From the NCBI GenBank assembly GCA_014905635.1, contig JABVCE010000036.1:186001-250000 (forward strand): DNA of 64,000 nt. Reading direction: 5' to 3'. Origin of the DNA: Scenedesmus sp. PABB004. Lineage: Eukaryota. The position numbers and the translations under genes were made by a program. This document shows, piece after piece, positions 33,223 to 45,581 of this stretch (its first letter is position 1; each line of letters begins with the position of its first letter). The notes below the pieces were generated by a model. That model was not told the origin of the DNA and did not search any database. It saw only the letters and a list, made by a program, of their open reading frames with translations.

Positions 33223-36200
33223 ATGGCAGCGTGCGAGCCCTCCCCCGACCCCGCAAGCGCGCTGCGCGAGGCCTGGCATGGCGCACGCGGCCTGGCGGCG
33301 CGCCTGCCCGCGGGCGGCGAGGCCGGAGAGCTCGGCGCGCTGCTGGCGGACACCGCGACGCTGCTGGGCGGCGTCTTCCTGCGCTACGGCGACGAGCCAG
33401 ACCTGCTGTGCACCCTGGAGTCGCACCTAACGTCCAGCGGTGCGCGGCGCGCCAAACGCGGCTCGCGCTGTCGGCGCCTGCTGCTCAGAGCCTCCTCTCT
33501 GCTCACGCCACCTGCTCCGTCACCCCAAAACAGCCCAACTGCTGCACTACGGCCTGCTCAAGGCCTGCCGCGTGGCGGGCGGCGACGGCGCCGATGGCGC
33601 CGACGACGCCGCGCTCGCTGCCAGCGCCGCGGGCGACGTTCAGCTCGCAGTCACTGTGCTGGCGACGGCCGTTCAGTGGCTGGAGGCCAGGTCCTGCCTG
33701 CGCCGCAGCCGCGCGGCGGCGGAGGTCTCGCTCGCGGCGGCGCGCGGCGTGCAGCTGCTGCGACGCGCCAGCGCGGGCGCCGACGGCCGGCCGGCGCGTG
33801 GCGCCCGCGCGCCCCGCCGCCGCAGCTCGGTCGCGCTGCCGGCTTCCGCGCCGCCCGGCACCGCGCAGCAGCCCGGGGCAGCGGTGCCCTCGCCCGCGCC
33901 AGCTCAGTTAGCAGCAGGCGTGGCGGCGCGGTGCCGGCAGCAGACGCTGGAGCCGCTGCCGCCGTGCGCGAGCGGGGAGGAGAGCGGCGGGGAGGTGGAG
34001 GAGGCCGAGGATGCTCTGGCCTACCGCGCGGCGCGGCTCGCGGCGCTTTCGGGGCTGCTGGTGCCCGGCAGCACCTGGTCCGACGCCGGCGGCGGCGGCT
34101 GCTTCGAACGTGCGGAGCAGCCGCCGGCGCTGGCGGCCAGCGCCGCGCCGGCAGCGGCGCCGCAGCCGCCGCCGGGGGAGGCAGGCGGCGGTGCGGCGGA
34201 CGAGCTCGACCTGGAGCGCTGCGGGCGCGTGACCACGAGCAGAGTCCCTCTGCCCGGTGGCGGCGGCGGCGACGGCGGCGCGGCGTGGGACCAGCGGGGC
34301 GAGGACGGGGCAGGTGGGGAGCTGGTCGAGGAGCCGCCAGCGGCGAGTCAGTGGCTCCTGGAGCAGCTCCAGGCGGTGTATGCCAACCCGCTGCTCGCTG
34401 GCGCGGGGCCGCAGCAGCAGCGCGCGAGCGTGCTGCGGCGCTCGCTGGAGGCGTGCGCGACCGGCGGCGGCGGAGGAGGCGCGGCGCCCACGTCGGCGCC
34501 CGCGTCCAGCCCGCCTGCGCGGCGGCGGACCGCGCAGGCCTGGACTCTGGAGGGCGCTGCCGCACTGCAGCGGGGGTGCAGCACCAGCGGGGGCACGGCC
34601 GGCAGCCCGGCCGCGCGGCAGCCGCGGCCGCACAGCGCGGGCGTGAGAGGCAGCGCCAGCGGCGCCGGCGCCTGGCCTGGCCGCGGCTACCTCGCTGGCC
34701 ACCTGCACTCGCGCGCCAGGGCGGCGGCGGCTAGCGCGTCCGACCCGGGGCAGCGCCAGCGGCCGGAGTCGGGGCGCGGCGGCCAGCCGCGCCGCGCGCT
34801 CAGCGCCGGTGGCCGCGGCGGTGCCACGCCAGACGTCGCCACGCTCACGGCGGCCGCGGCGGTCCCTGGCAGCTGCGGCAGCCCCTGCCGGCGCAGCAGC
34901 GCCGGGCCGCCTCCACGCAGCAGCACCGACGGTGACGCCGGCGTGCGGCGCTCCTGGCACGGCGCCGGCAGCGGCGACGGTGGCGGCGCGCGCAGCGTGA
35001 CCAGCGGCGCGGGCGCGGCGCTGGCGGACCTGCTGGCAGCGGCCGCCGCAGCCGCGGGCAGGCAGGAAGAGCAGAGGTGCCAGGACGAGCAGGAGCAGGA
35101 GCAGGCGAGCCAGGAGCAGGAGCAGATGGGCCAGGAGCAGACGAGCCGGGAGCGGCTGCAGGAGCAAGAGCAGCTGCCAGCAGCGCAGAGCCAGGGGGGT
35201 GGCAGGGCCAGCAGCAGCGACAGCACGCAGGGCGCAGCGCAGCTGGCGGAGGCGTCCTTTGCTGTCACTCAGGGCGGCGCAGACCAGGTGTGCGCGAGCC
35301 AGTGTGGCGTGTGGGACGGCACCGCTGGCAGCTGCGGCGGCTTTGGCGCGGCGGCGGCGGCAGGCGGCCAGCCGGGCGTGGCGCCGGGCAGGCGGGCGCC
35401 CGGGCGCGCCAGCGAGGACGGGCGCCTGGCGGGCACGCCCGCCGTCGGCGGGGATGCCCTGGCAGCGAGCGGCAGCTGCCCTGGGGCCAACACAGAGGCG
35501 GCGGCTGCTGGCTGCGGCGGGCTCCAGCGGCGGCGGAGCGAAGCCGAGCCGCGCAGCGCCGCCGACGTTGACACCGCGCCGGCGGCAGCCGAGGCCGGCG
35601 GCGAGGGGGCGCACACGCCCGAGGCGGCGGCCGCCGGGGCGCTGGCCCGGGGCAACGCGGCGTACGGGGCGGGCAGCTTTTCGGACGCGGCGGCGAGCTA
35701 CCGCGGCGCGCTCGCGCACCTCGGCGGCGACATCTCGGCCGCCCGCAGCGCCGAGGGCGTGGCGCTGTGGGTCAAGGCGAGCCTCAACCTTGCCTGCTGC
35801 CACCTGCGCCTCGGGGAGCACCAGCAGTGCGTCGCGCTCTGCGACGGCCTGCTCGAGGGTGAGCCCGGCGCCGCGCGTGGCGTGCGCGCTGCGTGGCATG
35901 CGGTGGCGGCGCACGCGCGCATGCCCAAACAGCCGCCTCGCCCTGAGACCACGCCGCGCCTGCTTGCCGGCGCAGTGGACCCCGCCAACGTCGTCGCTCT
36001 GTGCCACCGCGGGCGCGCGCTGCTCGCCGCCGGCCAGGCCGCCGCCGCGCGCGCAGACCTGGGCGAGGCGCAGGCGCTGCTGCGCGAGGAGGCGGCCGAG
36101 GCGGCCGAGGCGGCGGCGCGCGCGGCGGTGGGGCCGGGGCGCGCACGGGCGCCCAGCCCGCACGGGCCGGCGGCGGCCCGCGGCGGCGAGTTGCAGGTCG

Positions 36201-36325
36201 GGGGCGGCCGCGGCGCCGGGCCGCCGCGGTCGCTCAGCCCCGCCAGCCTCGCGCACGTGCGCCTGAACAACGCCTACTGGCAGGAGCGCGTCGCGGCGGC
36301 GCTGGCGGGCCTGAAGCCTGCCTGA
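33223..36325 (+). CDS. TPR-containing protein with long disordered middle, 3 exons
   Basis: C-terminal three-TPR unit ARGNAAYGAGSFSDAAASYRGAL / ASLNLACCHLRLGEHQQCVALCDGLLE|VDPANVVALCHRGRALLAAGQAAAARADLGEAQ, plus a helical N-terminus. Confidence 0.78.
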
Positions 36326-36769
36326 CGCCGGTCTGCGGGCTGACGGCGCCGCGCGCGGCTGCCGCGCTCGGGGCGCAGCGCCGTGAACCGCCGCCGTGAC
36401 CTGACGCCGTCGCCCTCGCCTCTGGCCCCCTCCAGTACTGACCCACACACCAACACTGACACACACACACAGCGCCGCGCGACCGGCCGCGCGACCGCCG
36501 TTTGTCGCCAACAGCAGCTCCGCAGCGGCCCCCCGCCGCCCGGCGCGCTGCCCGCTCGAACGCCGCCCGCCGCATCGCCTCCCGCGCGAGTTTCGGACCA
36601 GCGATCACGCAGCCGCGCGCGGGCCGCACAGCGGCGGTCCGCAGCGCCGCGGTGCCGCTGCTCGCCGCCGCCGCTGCTCGGCCCCGCCGCGGCGCCGCGG
36701 CGCCGCGGCGGCCCGCGCCCGGCCCGCCGGCGTGCGTGAGGCCCCTCGCTGTTGCATTCGCCCGCGGCC

Positions 36770-37730
36770 ATGGCGTCGGGCGGCACGCCGTCGGGCGCGG
36801 CGGCGGCGCTCGTGGGCGGGCCGGCGAGCTACGTCGCGCGCTGCGCGGGCCTCGCGGGCGACGCCGAGGCGGAGGCGCTCGTGGGGCTGCTGCGCGGCAT
36901 GTGCGTGCGGCGCATGGTGTTTGACGAGAACGAGTACGGCATGCGGCTGCCGCTCGCGAGCGGCACGAAGCGCGGGACGTTCAAGATGATCAAGCAGGTC
37001 CCCGCCGGCGGCCCGCTCGTCCCCCTCGGCCCCAGCCCGCCCGTGATGTGAGCGCGCGCCGCGTGCGCGCGCGTGTGTGTGTGTGTGGGGGGGGGGTGCG
37101 TGTTGTGCGGCGCGAGCAGCGGCGCGCGCGCCGCCGCCGCCGCCGCCGCCGCCGCGGCCTTGAGCGGCGGGCGCTGCCGCCGACTCGCAGCTGGCGGCTG
37201 GTGCACGAGAGCCCGCCGCTCATGGGCGCCGCGTACAATGGCCTGCCCGCGGCGGTGGTGGAGGTGTGCGAGAGCGCGCTGGGCGGCATCTACGCCGTGC
37301 AGTTCATGCACGGCCTGGGGTGCGAGATCGTGTACCGCGTCGCGCGGCGCAGCCAGGTCTTCGTCTGCGAGCACGAGGGCGCCGAGGTCACGGTGAGGGC
37401 GGCGGGGCGGCTGCTGCGCGCGCCGGCGGGGGCGTCGGCGGGGCCGGCTGCCGCCGGGGGTCGTCGTCGGTCTGCCGCGGCTGCCCCTTGGGTGGCCCTC
37501 ACCCTCACCTCGCAGCCCGCCCGCTGCCGCCCGCCGTGCCGTCGCGCCGCGCCGCGGCGCAGGTGACGGTGTTTGCCGTGCACGACCGCGTGACCGGCGC
37601 GCCGCTCTTCCCCGGCGCGGCGGTGGAGGCGCGCCTGGTCGCGGGCCCCGAGCAGCAGGTTGAGGCGGCGCGGCGGCTGGGCGGGTTCGCGCAGAAGCTG
37701 CTGCCGCTGGTGCTGCTGAAAAAGGTGTAA
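36770..37730 (+). CDS. MED18: Mediator complex subunit 18-like, 3 exons
   Basis: EALVGLLRGMC at the N-terminus, WRLVH, FMHGLGCEIVYRVARRSQVF, VTVTVFAV and terminal FAQKLLPLVLLKKV resemble the plant Med18 layout. About 215 aa. The stop lies within TGTAA (37726-37730). Confidence 0.72.
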
Positions 37731-37961
37731 GCTGCATCGTTAGGTGTCGGCCTTCGCGCGTCACCCGGCCGCCGCGGTTTCAGCAGCAGCGGCGGCGGAG
37801 CGTCACCGCGTCACCGCGGTGCTGCAAACGCCGCGGTGCTTCGCGTTCCTTCATCTGCGTTCCACTAGGCCGTCAGTTAGGCAGCACCGGCGGACCGGCA
37901 GCACGGGGGCAGGGCCGCCGGCAATAGTCGGCCGGCGGCGCGGCTGTTGCACCGTCGCACA

Positions 37962-40900
37962 ATGCAAACAGCCGCTGCTCGGCCTTCTTGGTTGTCCCTG
38001 GCAATCGTCTTGATGACCGTCGCCTCGCTGACGGTCGCGCGAGGCGCAGGTGGGCGGGGCGGCGTTTGGCGCAGCGCCCTCGAAGCGCGGCCGTGCTCAC
38101 CACCACCGCGGCCGCAGGCCCCACCCCAGCTGCTGGTGTGCCGGGGGCGGAGGCCCAGAGCGACTGCGTGCCACGTGCGGCGCACGCCGCCGCTGCCGCT
38201 GCCGCCGGGCGCAGCCGGCTGAGCGCGCTGCCGCGCCCGCCCCCGCAGCGCCCACAGTCGAGCCGCAGCCGGTCGGCGCGCCGCTGCCGCCACTGCCCGG
38301 CGGGGCCCGCCCCAACGTGCTGGTCGTGTTGACCGACGACCAGGCGCGAGCCGCGGCGGGCCGCGGCGGGGGACGCGCAGCGCACGCGCGCCGTCCGGGC
38401 GGGCGGCGGCGGTGCGCCTGCCTGCCCGCTGACGCGCTCGCCGCCCAGGGCTGGGACGACATCGGCCTGCACAACCCGCGCCTGCGCACGCCGCACCTGG
38501 ACGCGTTCATAAAGCGCGGCACGCTGCTGGACAACTATTACGTGGCTCCGCAGGCGCGCTCCGCCCCCGCCGCGGCTCCAGCGCCCCGCGCGCAGTCCAG
38601 CGCCCCGCGCGCAGCCCCCGGGCGGCGGCGCGGCCACGCGCGCGCACGCGCGCCGCCGCCGCCCGCAGTGCGCGCCGACGCGCGCGGCGCTGCTCACGGG
38701 CCGCGCGTTCCCCGCGACGGGGACGCTGATGGTCAAGTGAGGCAGCGGCGCACGGGCCCGGCCGGCGCCTCGCCTCGCCTGGCCACCGCCGCCGCGCCCG
38801 GCGCCGCCGCCCTCACGCCCGCCCGCCCGCCCGCCCGCTGCCGCCCGCCGCGCCGCCCGCCGCGCCGCGCCGCGCCAGCGGCGGGTGGGACCAGATGAAC
38901 CGCGGCGAGGCGCTCGCGGGCGAGGTGCTGGGCGCGGCCGGCTACACGACGGCCATGTTTGGCAAGTGGCACAGCGACTGGACCGGCTACGCACCCTGGG
39001 ACGTCGGTGCGCGGCCGCGGCGGCGGCGACAAGCGAAGCGGCGGGCTCGCTCGGTCGCCGGCGGGGAGGCCCGCTCGGTCGCGGGCGCGCCCTGCGCTGC
39101 GCGCCCCGCGCTGCACGCCCCGCCGCACCCGCACCCGGCCGCGCCCGCGCCGCCGCAGGCTTTGACGAGGCCTGGTACGCGCCGGGCCACCAGCCCAACG
39201 CCACGCTCATGTGAGCTGCCCGCCGCCGGCGACGCCGCCGACGCCGCGCCCGCGCGCCGCGCGCCCCGGCGGCGCCGCCCGCTCGCGCGCGCCCGCCCAC
39301 GCGGCCGGCCGCCGCCGCAGCCACAACGGGCAGCTCGTCCGCGTGCCCGGCTTTGGCGAGGAGGCCAACCTCCTGGTCCTGCTGGACTACCTGCGCCGCC
39401 AGGCCGCCGCCCAGGACGGCGCTGCACGGGAGGGCCGCGCCGCGGCGCCGTTCTTCGCATATTATGCGACGCGCGCCATCCACATGTGCGCGCCGCGGTG
39501 GGCGCCCGCGGGAGCCGGCGGGCGCCGGCGGGCGCCGGCGGGCGCCGGCGGGCGCCGGCGGGCGGGGGCCGCGTCGCGTGCGGTGGGGCGACGACGGGCG
39601 CCGCGCTGCGGCCCCGCCGCGAGCGCGCCGCCGCGCCGCCGCCCCGCCGCCGCCGCAGGAGCCCCGGCGTCCCCGGCCAGCTTCGCTCCTACCCTCCCTC
39701 CTACCTGCGCCGCCTCATGGCCGACCCCGCCAACACGGGCGTCGCGCAGAGCATCCTCGACGTGAGCGCGCGCGCTGCCGCCGCGCGGGCGGGCCGCCGA
39801 GGCCGCCGCCCCGCCCGCGCTCTCTGTGAGACACGCCCCTCCCGTCCCTCGCAACGCGCGCGCTCGCACACGATCTCGCGCGCGCGCGCGCCAGGCCTGG
39901 GCCAACGTTGAGTTCCTGGACGACCTGCTGGGGCGGCTCTTTGACTTCCTCGACACCAGCGGCCTCGCGTCCAGCACCTACGTGCTGCTCACCTCGGACA
40001 ATGGCCCCGACGTTACCAACGGCCTGGAGCGCAAGGAGCAGCGCCGGGTGCGGCGGCCGCGCGCGCAGGGCGCGGCTGGCGGCGCGCGGCGCACGAGCGC
40101 CGAGCGCCCGCCCGTGTCCGCCTCCGCCGCCGCCGCGCCCGCCGCGCCCAGGTGCGGGTGCCGAGCGGAATGCGTGGCATCAAAGCCACCGGGCTGGACG
40201 GTGGCATTCGCACCTTCCTGGCCGTGGCCGGGCCGGGCGTGCCGGGCGGCGTCGTGGATTCGACGCTCGTCGCCGCGGAGGACGTGCTGCCGACGCTGGT
40301 CGACCTCGCGGGCCTCACCCGCGACGACATCGCCCTGCGCGGCGGCAAGCCCCTCCTACCCTGGGACGGCATCAGCGCGAAGAACCTGCTCCTCCCGGCG
40401 GCGCCGCCGGCGGCCGGCGGTGCGCTGCCGGCGCGCCGCGGCGTCGCGCTTGCGACGCTCGCGCAGCGCGAGCGCGCCTACGTCACGCTCGCGCCCAACT
40501 GTTGGGACCCCGACGCCGTGCCGCGGCTCGGCCCAGACAGGTGCCCGCCCGCGCCGCGCGCCGGGGCAGCCCGGCCCCGGCGGGGCGCGGCCGTGTGTGG
40601 CTCGCGCACGGGCTCGCCCCCGACTCGCCCGCCGCCGCCGCACGTCGCCCGCCGGTCCGCCCCGCAGGCGCGTGGTCAAGCCGCAGCCGCTGCTGGACTA
40701 TGACAACGGCGGCATGCCGCACTATTTCTATGGCAACTGGATCAAGCACATGCGCCGCCCGCACCCGGGGTTTGAGATCTGCCTCGCCGTGCGCTGGCGC
40801 GACTACAAGTGGACCGGCGCCGACGGCACCGTCTACAAGTGCGCGCCGCGCCGCAAAGCGCGCCCCGCAGCGTGCTCCGGGGCCCCGCGCCGCGCCCGCG

Positions 40901-41969
40901 CCCGCGCCTGCGCGCCCACGCCCACGCGCCCCCACGCCCGCGCCTGCGCGCAGGTTCAGCGGGCAGAGCCACGTCGAGGAGGCCTGCAACGCCGCGCCGC
41001 CCGCCGAGGCGGCGTCCGCCGGCGCGGCGATGCGCGCCGCCGCGCGCGCGTGGTTTGCGCGCGTGCTGTCGAGCCCGCACAGCTTCACGCCGCCGACCTT
41101 TGTCCTGGGGCTGGGCCCGCGGACGACCAACGCGTACGCCAACGCCGCGCACGAGCGCACGCCCGGCGCGATCACGCTGCTCGAGGGCGGCGCGAGCGGC
41201 TTCCGGGCGCCCGGGGACCGGCTCTGCTTGAAGCTCGTTGTGCTCACGCCGGGCGACTACGACGTGACAGCATTTTACACCGCGGCGCAGAGCGGCACGT
41301 TCAGGTTCGGGGTCGGCGAGTTTGGCGACATTGCCGCCGGCACCGCGCCGGCGCTGCGCTTCACGCTGCCCGCGCAGGTGGGCCGCGCGCGCAGCACCGC
41401 GGGGCGCGCGGCGCGCGACGCACAGCGCACCCCTCCCTGCCCGCCTGGGCGGTGGCCGTCCGACGCGGCCAACCGACGCGCCGCGCCGCCGCGCGACGCC
41501 GCAGGCGGTCATGGCCGGCCGGGCGGTCGGCACGCTGACGCTGCCGCTCACGCCGCCCGACGCCGTCGGCGAGGCGTGCCTGGCGCTCGAGAGCAGCGCC
41601 GTGCCGCTGCAGCCGGTGTTCACCAACCTGTCGGTGCTGCGATTCTCGCGCCGCGCGCGCCCGCGCCGCGCCAGCAGCGCGCAGGCCGGCGGCCAGGCCG
41701 TGGAAGCGGCGGCAGCGGCGGCGGCCGCCGCCGCGCCAGCCGTCGACGTGCCGCCGGCGCGGCTGCCGGAGGCGTCGGAGGCTGCGCCGCGCGGCGCCGC
41801 GGACGCGCCGGCCGGCGGCGCGGTGCGCATGACCACGGCCGAGCTGGAGGCCCTGCGGCTGGAGCACCGCTGGCCGCGGGGGCAGGTCACGGGCGGCGTG
41901 CTGGAGGCGATGTTCTCTCCCTTTGATGTGGAGGACCTGCACTGCGCGGCCTGCCAGCCACCGATCTAA
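37962..41969 (+). CDS. Secreted formylglycine-dependent (S1) sulfatase with extra C-terminal beta-domain, about 14 exons
   Basis: Signal peptide, [36 protein letters not shown] (CxPxR), [52 protein letters not shown]. Two GC-AG introns (38344-38448, 38554-38668). Exon 2 frame uncertain near 38207. Confidence 0.92.
39508..39565 (+). repeat. (GGGCGCCGGC)n 10-bp repeat in a sulfatase intron
   Basis: About five visible tandem units. Confidence 0.8.
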
Positions 41970-42405
41970 GTTTAAGCACAGTCAGCGGGGTCGTCGCGCT
42001 GTGCCAGCACTTGACCTCTTCTTTGATGCCGCGCATTGCACTTTTTTGGCGCGCGGCCAGGCGCAGCTAGCCGCAGGGTGAGGGAACAGCTGGGGCGTCC
42101 GCACTGGGCGAACGAGGCGAGGGTGTCTCAGGGCGGTGTGGTGTGGGCGGCGAACGAGGCGAGGTTTCACAGGGCGGTGCGGGGCGGGTGAACCCTCAGA
42201 GGGAGGAGGGTGCGACGCCGCATCGATGATCGATAACGCGGCGGAGCGCGGGGCGCACACTCTGCATCACATGGACGCGCACCCTGGACTGCACGTGCAT
42301 CATCAACCAACGTGCGCCGGCTGCTGCCGCTGCCGCTGCCGCTGCCGCTGCCGCTGCCGCTGCTGCGACGTGGTGGTAATTGCGGAGCGGGAGCAAGAGT
42401 TTGTG

Positions 42406-42410
42406 TTACA
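42406..42410 (-). promoter_or_regulatory. TGTAA polyadenylation signal of the CD2BP2-like gene
   Basis: TTACA on the + strand about 50 nt beyond the minus-strand stop at 42459. Confidence 0.6.
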
Positions 42411-42458
42411 CGCGTCGACGCCCATCACGCGCGCGGCCGCCGGGTGCGGACAGCCGCG

Positions 42459-43607
42459 TCACCCGGCGGCGGCGCGCTCGCCGTCGACGAGCGCGTAGGT
42501 GCCGTCGTCGTCGCGGTAGCGGTACCACAGCCCGCTGCCCGCGTCGCCAAACAGCCCGCTCGCGGCGTCAAAGTAGGTGCCCAGGCTGAGCGCGGGGCGG
42601 CGGCGATGACACAGGGCGGCGGCGGCGCGAGTCGGCGGCGGGCGGGCGGGCGCGGCGGAGCGCGGCGCGGCGCGGCTGACGCGGCGGGCTGAGGCCGGCC
42701 CCGGCGCGCAGCGCGGCGACGAAGGCGCAGCGAGGGGCCGCGTCACCTGGCATTGTAGAAGTAACCGCTGCCGCTGTCCAGCTCAAAGCCCTCCATGAGG
42801 CGACTGCCCGCCGACCCCGGCTGCGGCGGCGGCCCCGCCGCGCCGCCGCCCGCAGGCGCCGCCGCGTCTGCCATGTCGGCGTCGCCCGCGGCCGGCCGCG
42901 CCGTGCCGGCGGCGGGCGCCGCGCTGCCGCCGCCGCTGCCGCCGCCCGTGCCGCGCGCCGGGGCGCCCCCGTCGCTGTCCTCGCCGTCTGCAAACATGTC
43001 CATGGCCTCGTCGCCGCCGCCCCCTGCCGCTGCGCCCGCTGCTGCACCCGCTGCCGCGGCGCCCGCTGCTGACACGACGCCCGCTGCTGCGCCGCCCGCG
43101 CCGCCGCCGCCGTCGCCGCCGCGCGGGCCGAGCCCCTCGCGGCCCAGCAGCAGCGCGAGGCCGGCCATGTCCAGCTGGCCCAGCAGCACCTCGCGGCTGG
43201 AGGAGTAGATGTTGACTGCGCGCACGGGCGGCGCCGGCGGCGGGGCGGAGGCCCGGGGCGTGAGCGCGGCGCGCCGCCCCCGCCGCCCGCGCGCCCGCGC
43301 AGCCGCCCTCCCACCCCCGCGCCGCCCGCCCTGCCCCGCGCGGCGCGTCCCACCGTCGCCGTTTGTCAGCAGCGCGTCAGCATACTCTGTGAGCCGGTCA
43401 AACGCGGCGCGGTTCTCGGGCGGCACGCGGCGCGGCGGCTGGGCACCGCCGCGCTGCGCCGAACCGCCGCCGCCGCTGCCCGGCGCGGCCGGCGGGGACG
43501 CCGCCGGCGCTGCTGCGACGGGCGGGCTGCCGGCCTGCCGCGCGGCGCCGGCTCCCGCCGCAGCGCTGCCAGCGGCTGCTGGCGAGGCGGTCGCTGCCGC
43601 GGGCTGC

Positions 43608-43645
<38 letters not shown>

Positions 43646-43714
43646 CTGCTGCCCCTCGGCGCCGCCGGCGGGTCCCGCTGGCGCACCGCGGTCGGCGGCC
43701 CCGTCGCCCTCGGC

Positions 43715-43768
<54 letters not shown>

Positions 43769-44648
43769 ACGGCGCAGCTTGCGCTGCCGCTGCCGCTCGC
43801 CCGCCGCCGCCACGGTCGCCGCCGTCGCCGGCGACGGCGACCCGCGCCGCGCTGTGCGCCCGCCTGCACCGCGCGCGCGCGTGTGAGGCAGGGGCGGCGG
43901 CCCGCCGGCGCGCGCGCGCCGCCGCCGCCGCCGCGGCGCTTACCGAGGCGGCGCAGCGCGGCGAGCACGTTCTCGCCCGGCAGCAGCAGGTCAACGATGC
44001 GCTTGCGATAGATCGCCGCGTCGTCCTCGTGCAGCGCCGCGGCGCCGCCGCCGCCATCGCCGCCGCCGCCGCCAAAGGCCCGCGCGCCGTCCTCGGCCGC
44101 CGCCGCGCGCGCCGCAAGCGCGGCCGCGAGGCGCGGCGCCAGCTCCACGGGGCCGTCCTGGGCGCGGCGGCGGGCGGGGTGGGGCGGGCGGCGCGGGCGG
44201 CGGGTGGGGCGGGCGGCGCGCCGCCGCGGCCGCGCTCGGCGGCGTGCTGCCAGCGGCGCGGCGGCCCGGCGTCGCTGCGTGTCTCGCGGCGCGCCCACCC
44301 CACCCCGAGCGTGTCGAGCCACGCGTCGCCCTCCGGCTCCAGTCGGTACTCCACGTAGTTGCCTTCGCCTGGGGGAGGAGGAGGAGGGGCAGGGGCGGGA
44401 GGGGGTGCGTGAGCAGGCCGCGCGGCGCGGGCGGGGCGGGCGCGCGCGCGCGGTGGCGAGCGGGCGGCGCGCGCAGCGTGCGCGTCGCACCGTCAAAGAA
44501 GCCCTCCGCGCGCTCGCGGCGCAGGTGGAAGGGCTCGATGGCGATGCCGTCGCTGGTGAAGAGCTGCGGGCGCGCGGCGCGGGCGGGGGGCGCGTGGGCG
44601 GGGCGCGCGCCCTGCCGCCGCGGCGGGAGCGGCGCACGGGGCGCGCCG

Positions 44649-44679
<31 letters not shown>

Positions 44680-45152
44680 TGCCGCCGCCGCCGCGCCGCC
44701 GCCGCGCCGCGCGTGGCGCCGCCGCACCTCCTCCGGCTCATCATAGTCCTCCTCCGCGCCCTCCAGCTCCTCCAGCAGGCAGCGGTCCTCCGCCGCCGTC
44801 ATCCAGCGCATGCTGCGCCTGCGCCCGCGCGCGGCGGCGCGCGCGCGCGGGCGACGTCGGGCCGCGCTCGCGGCCGGGCCGCGCGCGCCCACCGGGTCGG
44901 CGCGCACCGGCGGCGCGCGCCAGCGTCGTCGTCGTCGTCGCCGTCGTCGGCCTCGCCGCCGCCGCAGGCGCCGCGCGCGTCGCTGGCCGGCAGCGTGACG
45001 ACCTGCGTGCCCCCGAAGCGCACGCGCTTGGCGGGCCGCGCCGCGTCGTCGGCGGGCGGCGGCGGCGGCGCTGCTGCTGCGCCCGCGTCGCCTGCAGCTT
45101 CAGCGGGTGCGGCCGCGGCGGGCGCCGCTGCCTCCACGCCGTCGGCGTCCAT
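42459..45152 (-). CDS. CD2BP2: CD2BP2/Lin1/Snu40 (U5 snRNP 52K)-like protein with C-terminal OCRE domain, 8 exons
   Basis: KRVRF, DGIAIEPFHLRRERAEGFFD|GEGNYV, DAWLD, LLLPGENVLAALRRLG, FDRLTEYADALLTNGD|VNIYSSSRE and DMFAD. Terminal aromatic octamer repeat GFELDSGSGYFYNASLGTYFDAASGLFGDAGSGLWYRY. Confidence 0.9.
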
Positions 45153-45581
45153 GCTGCTGCTGCTGCTGCTGCTGGTCCTCCTGCTGCTGCGCCTGCTGCC
45201 CCTGCTGCCCTGCTGACCCTGCTGCCGCGAGCTGCGCCGTCGGCAGCGAGCGCGCGACAGCAGCGGCGACGCGCAGCGACGCGTGCGGCGTGTGGAGGTT
45301 TGCGCGGGCTGGGGCGGTGCCTGGCGATCGCTGCGCGCCACGGCAGGACTGAGGACTGAAGGACAAGCGGCGGCAGCGCGGCGGTCAGGGTTGATGGACA
45401 GAACACAGGGCAGTTCACCGCCTGGTGGGCCGCTCGCGCCCCCTCGGCCAGTCACCCGCTCACAGCGCCTGCTCAAAAGCGCCGAACGGGCCGCGCCCGC
45501 CACCGCCCGCCCTCGCGAGAGCAGCAGCAGCCGGGACAGCCGCGCATTGCGTTGCAGGCTCTCTTCCGCCCGAGCGCCGCC

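Noticed and set aside
43609..43768. (CAG)n tracts as an unusual element
   Set aside because: Ordinary coding poly-Gln in a disordered region of CD2BP2. Similar tracts occur at 57344-57379.
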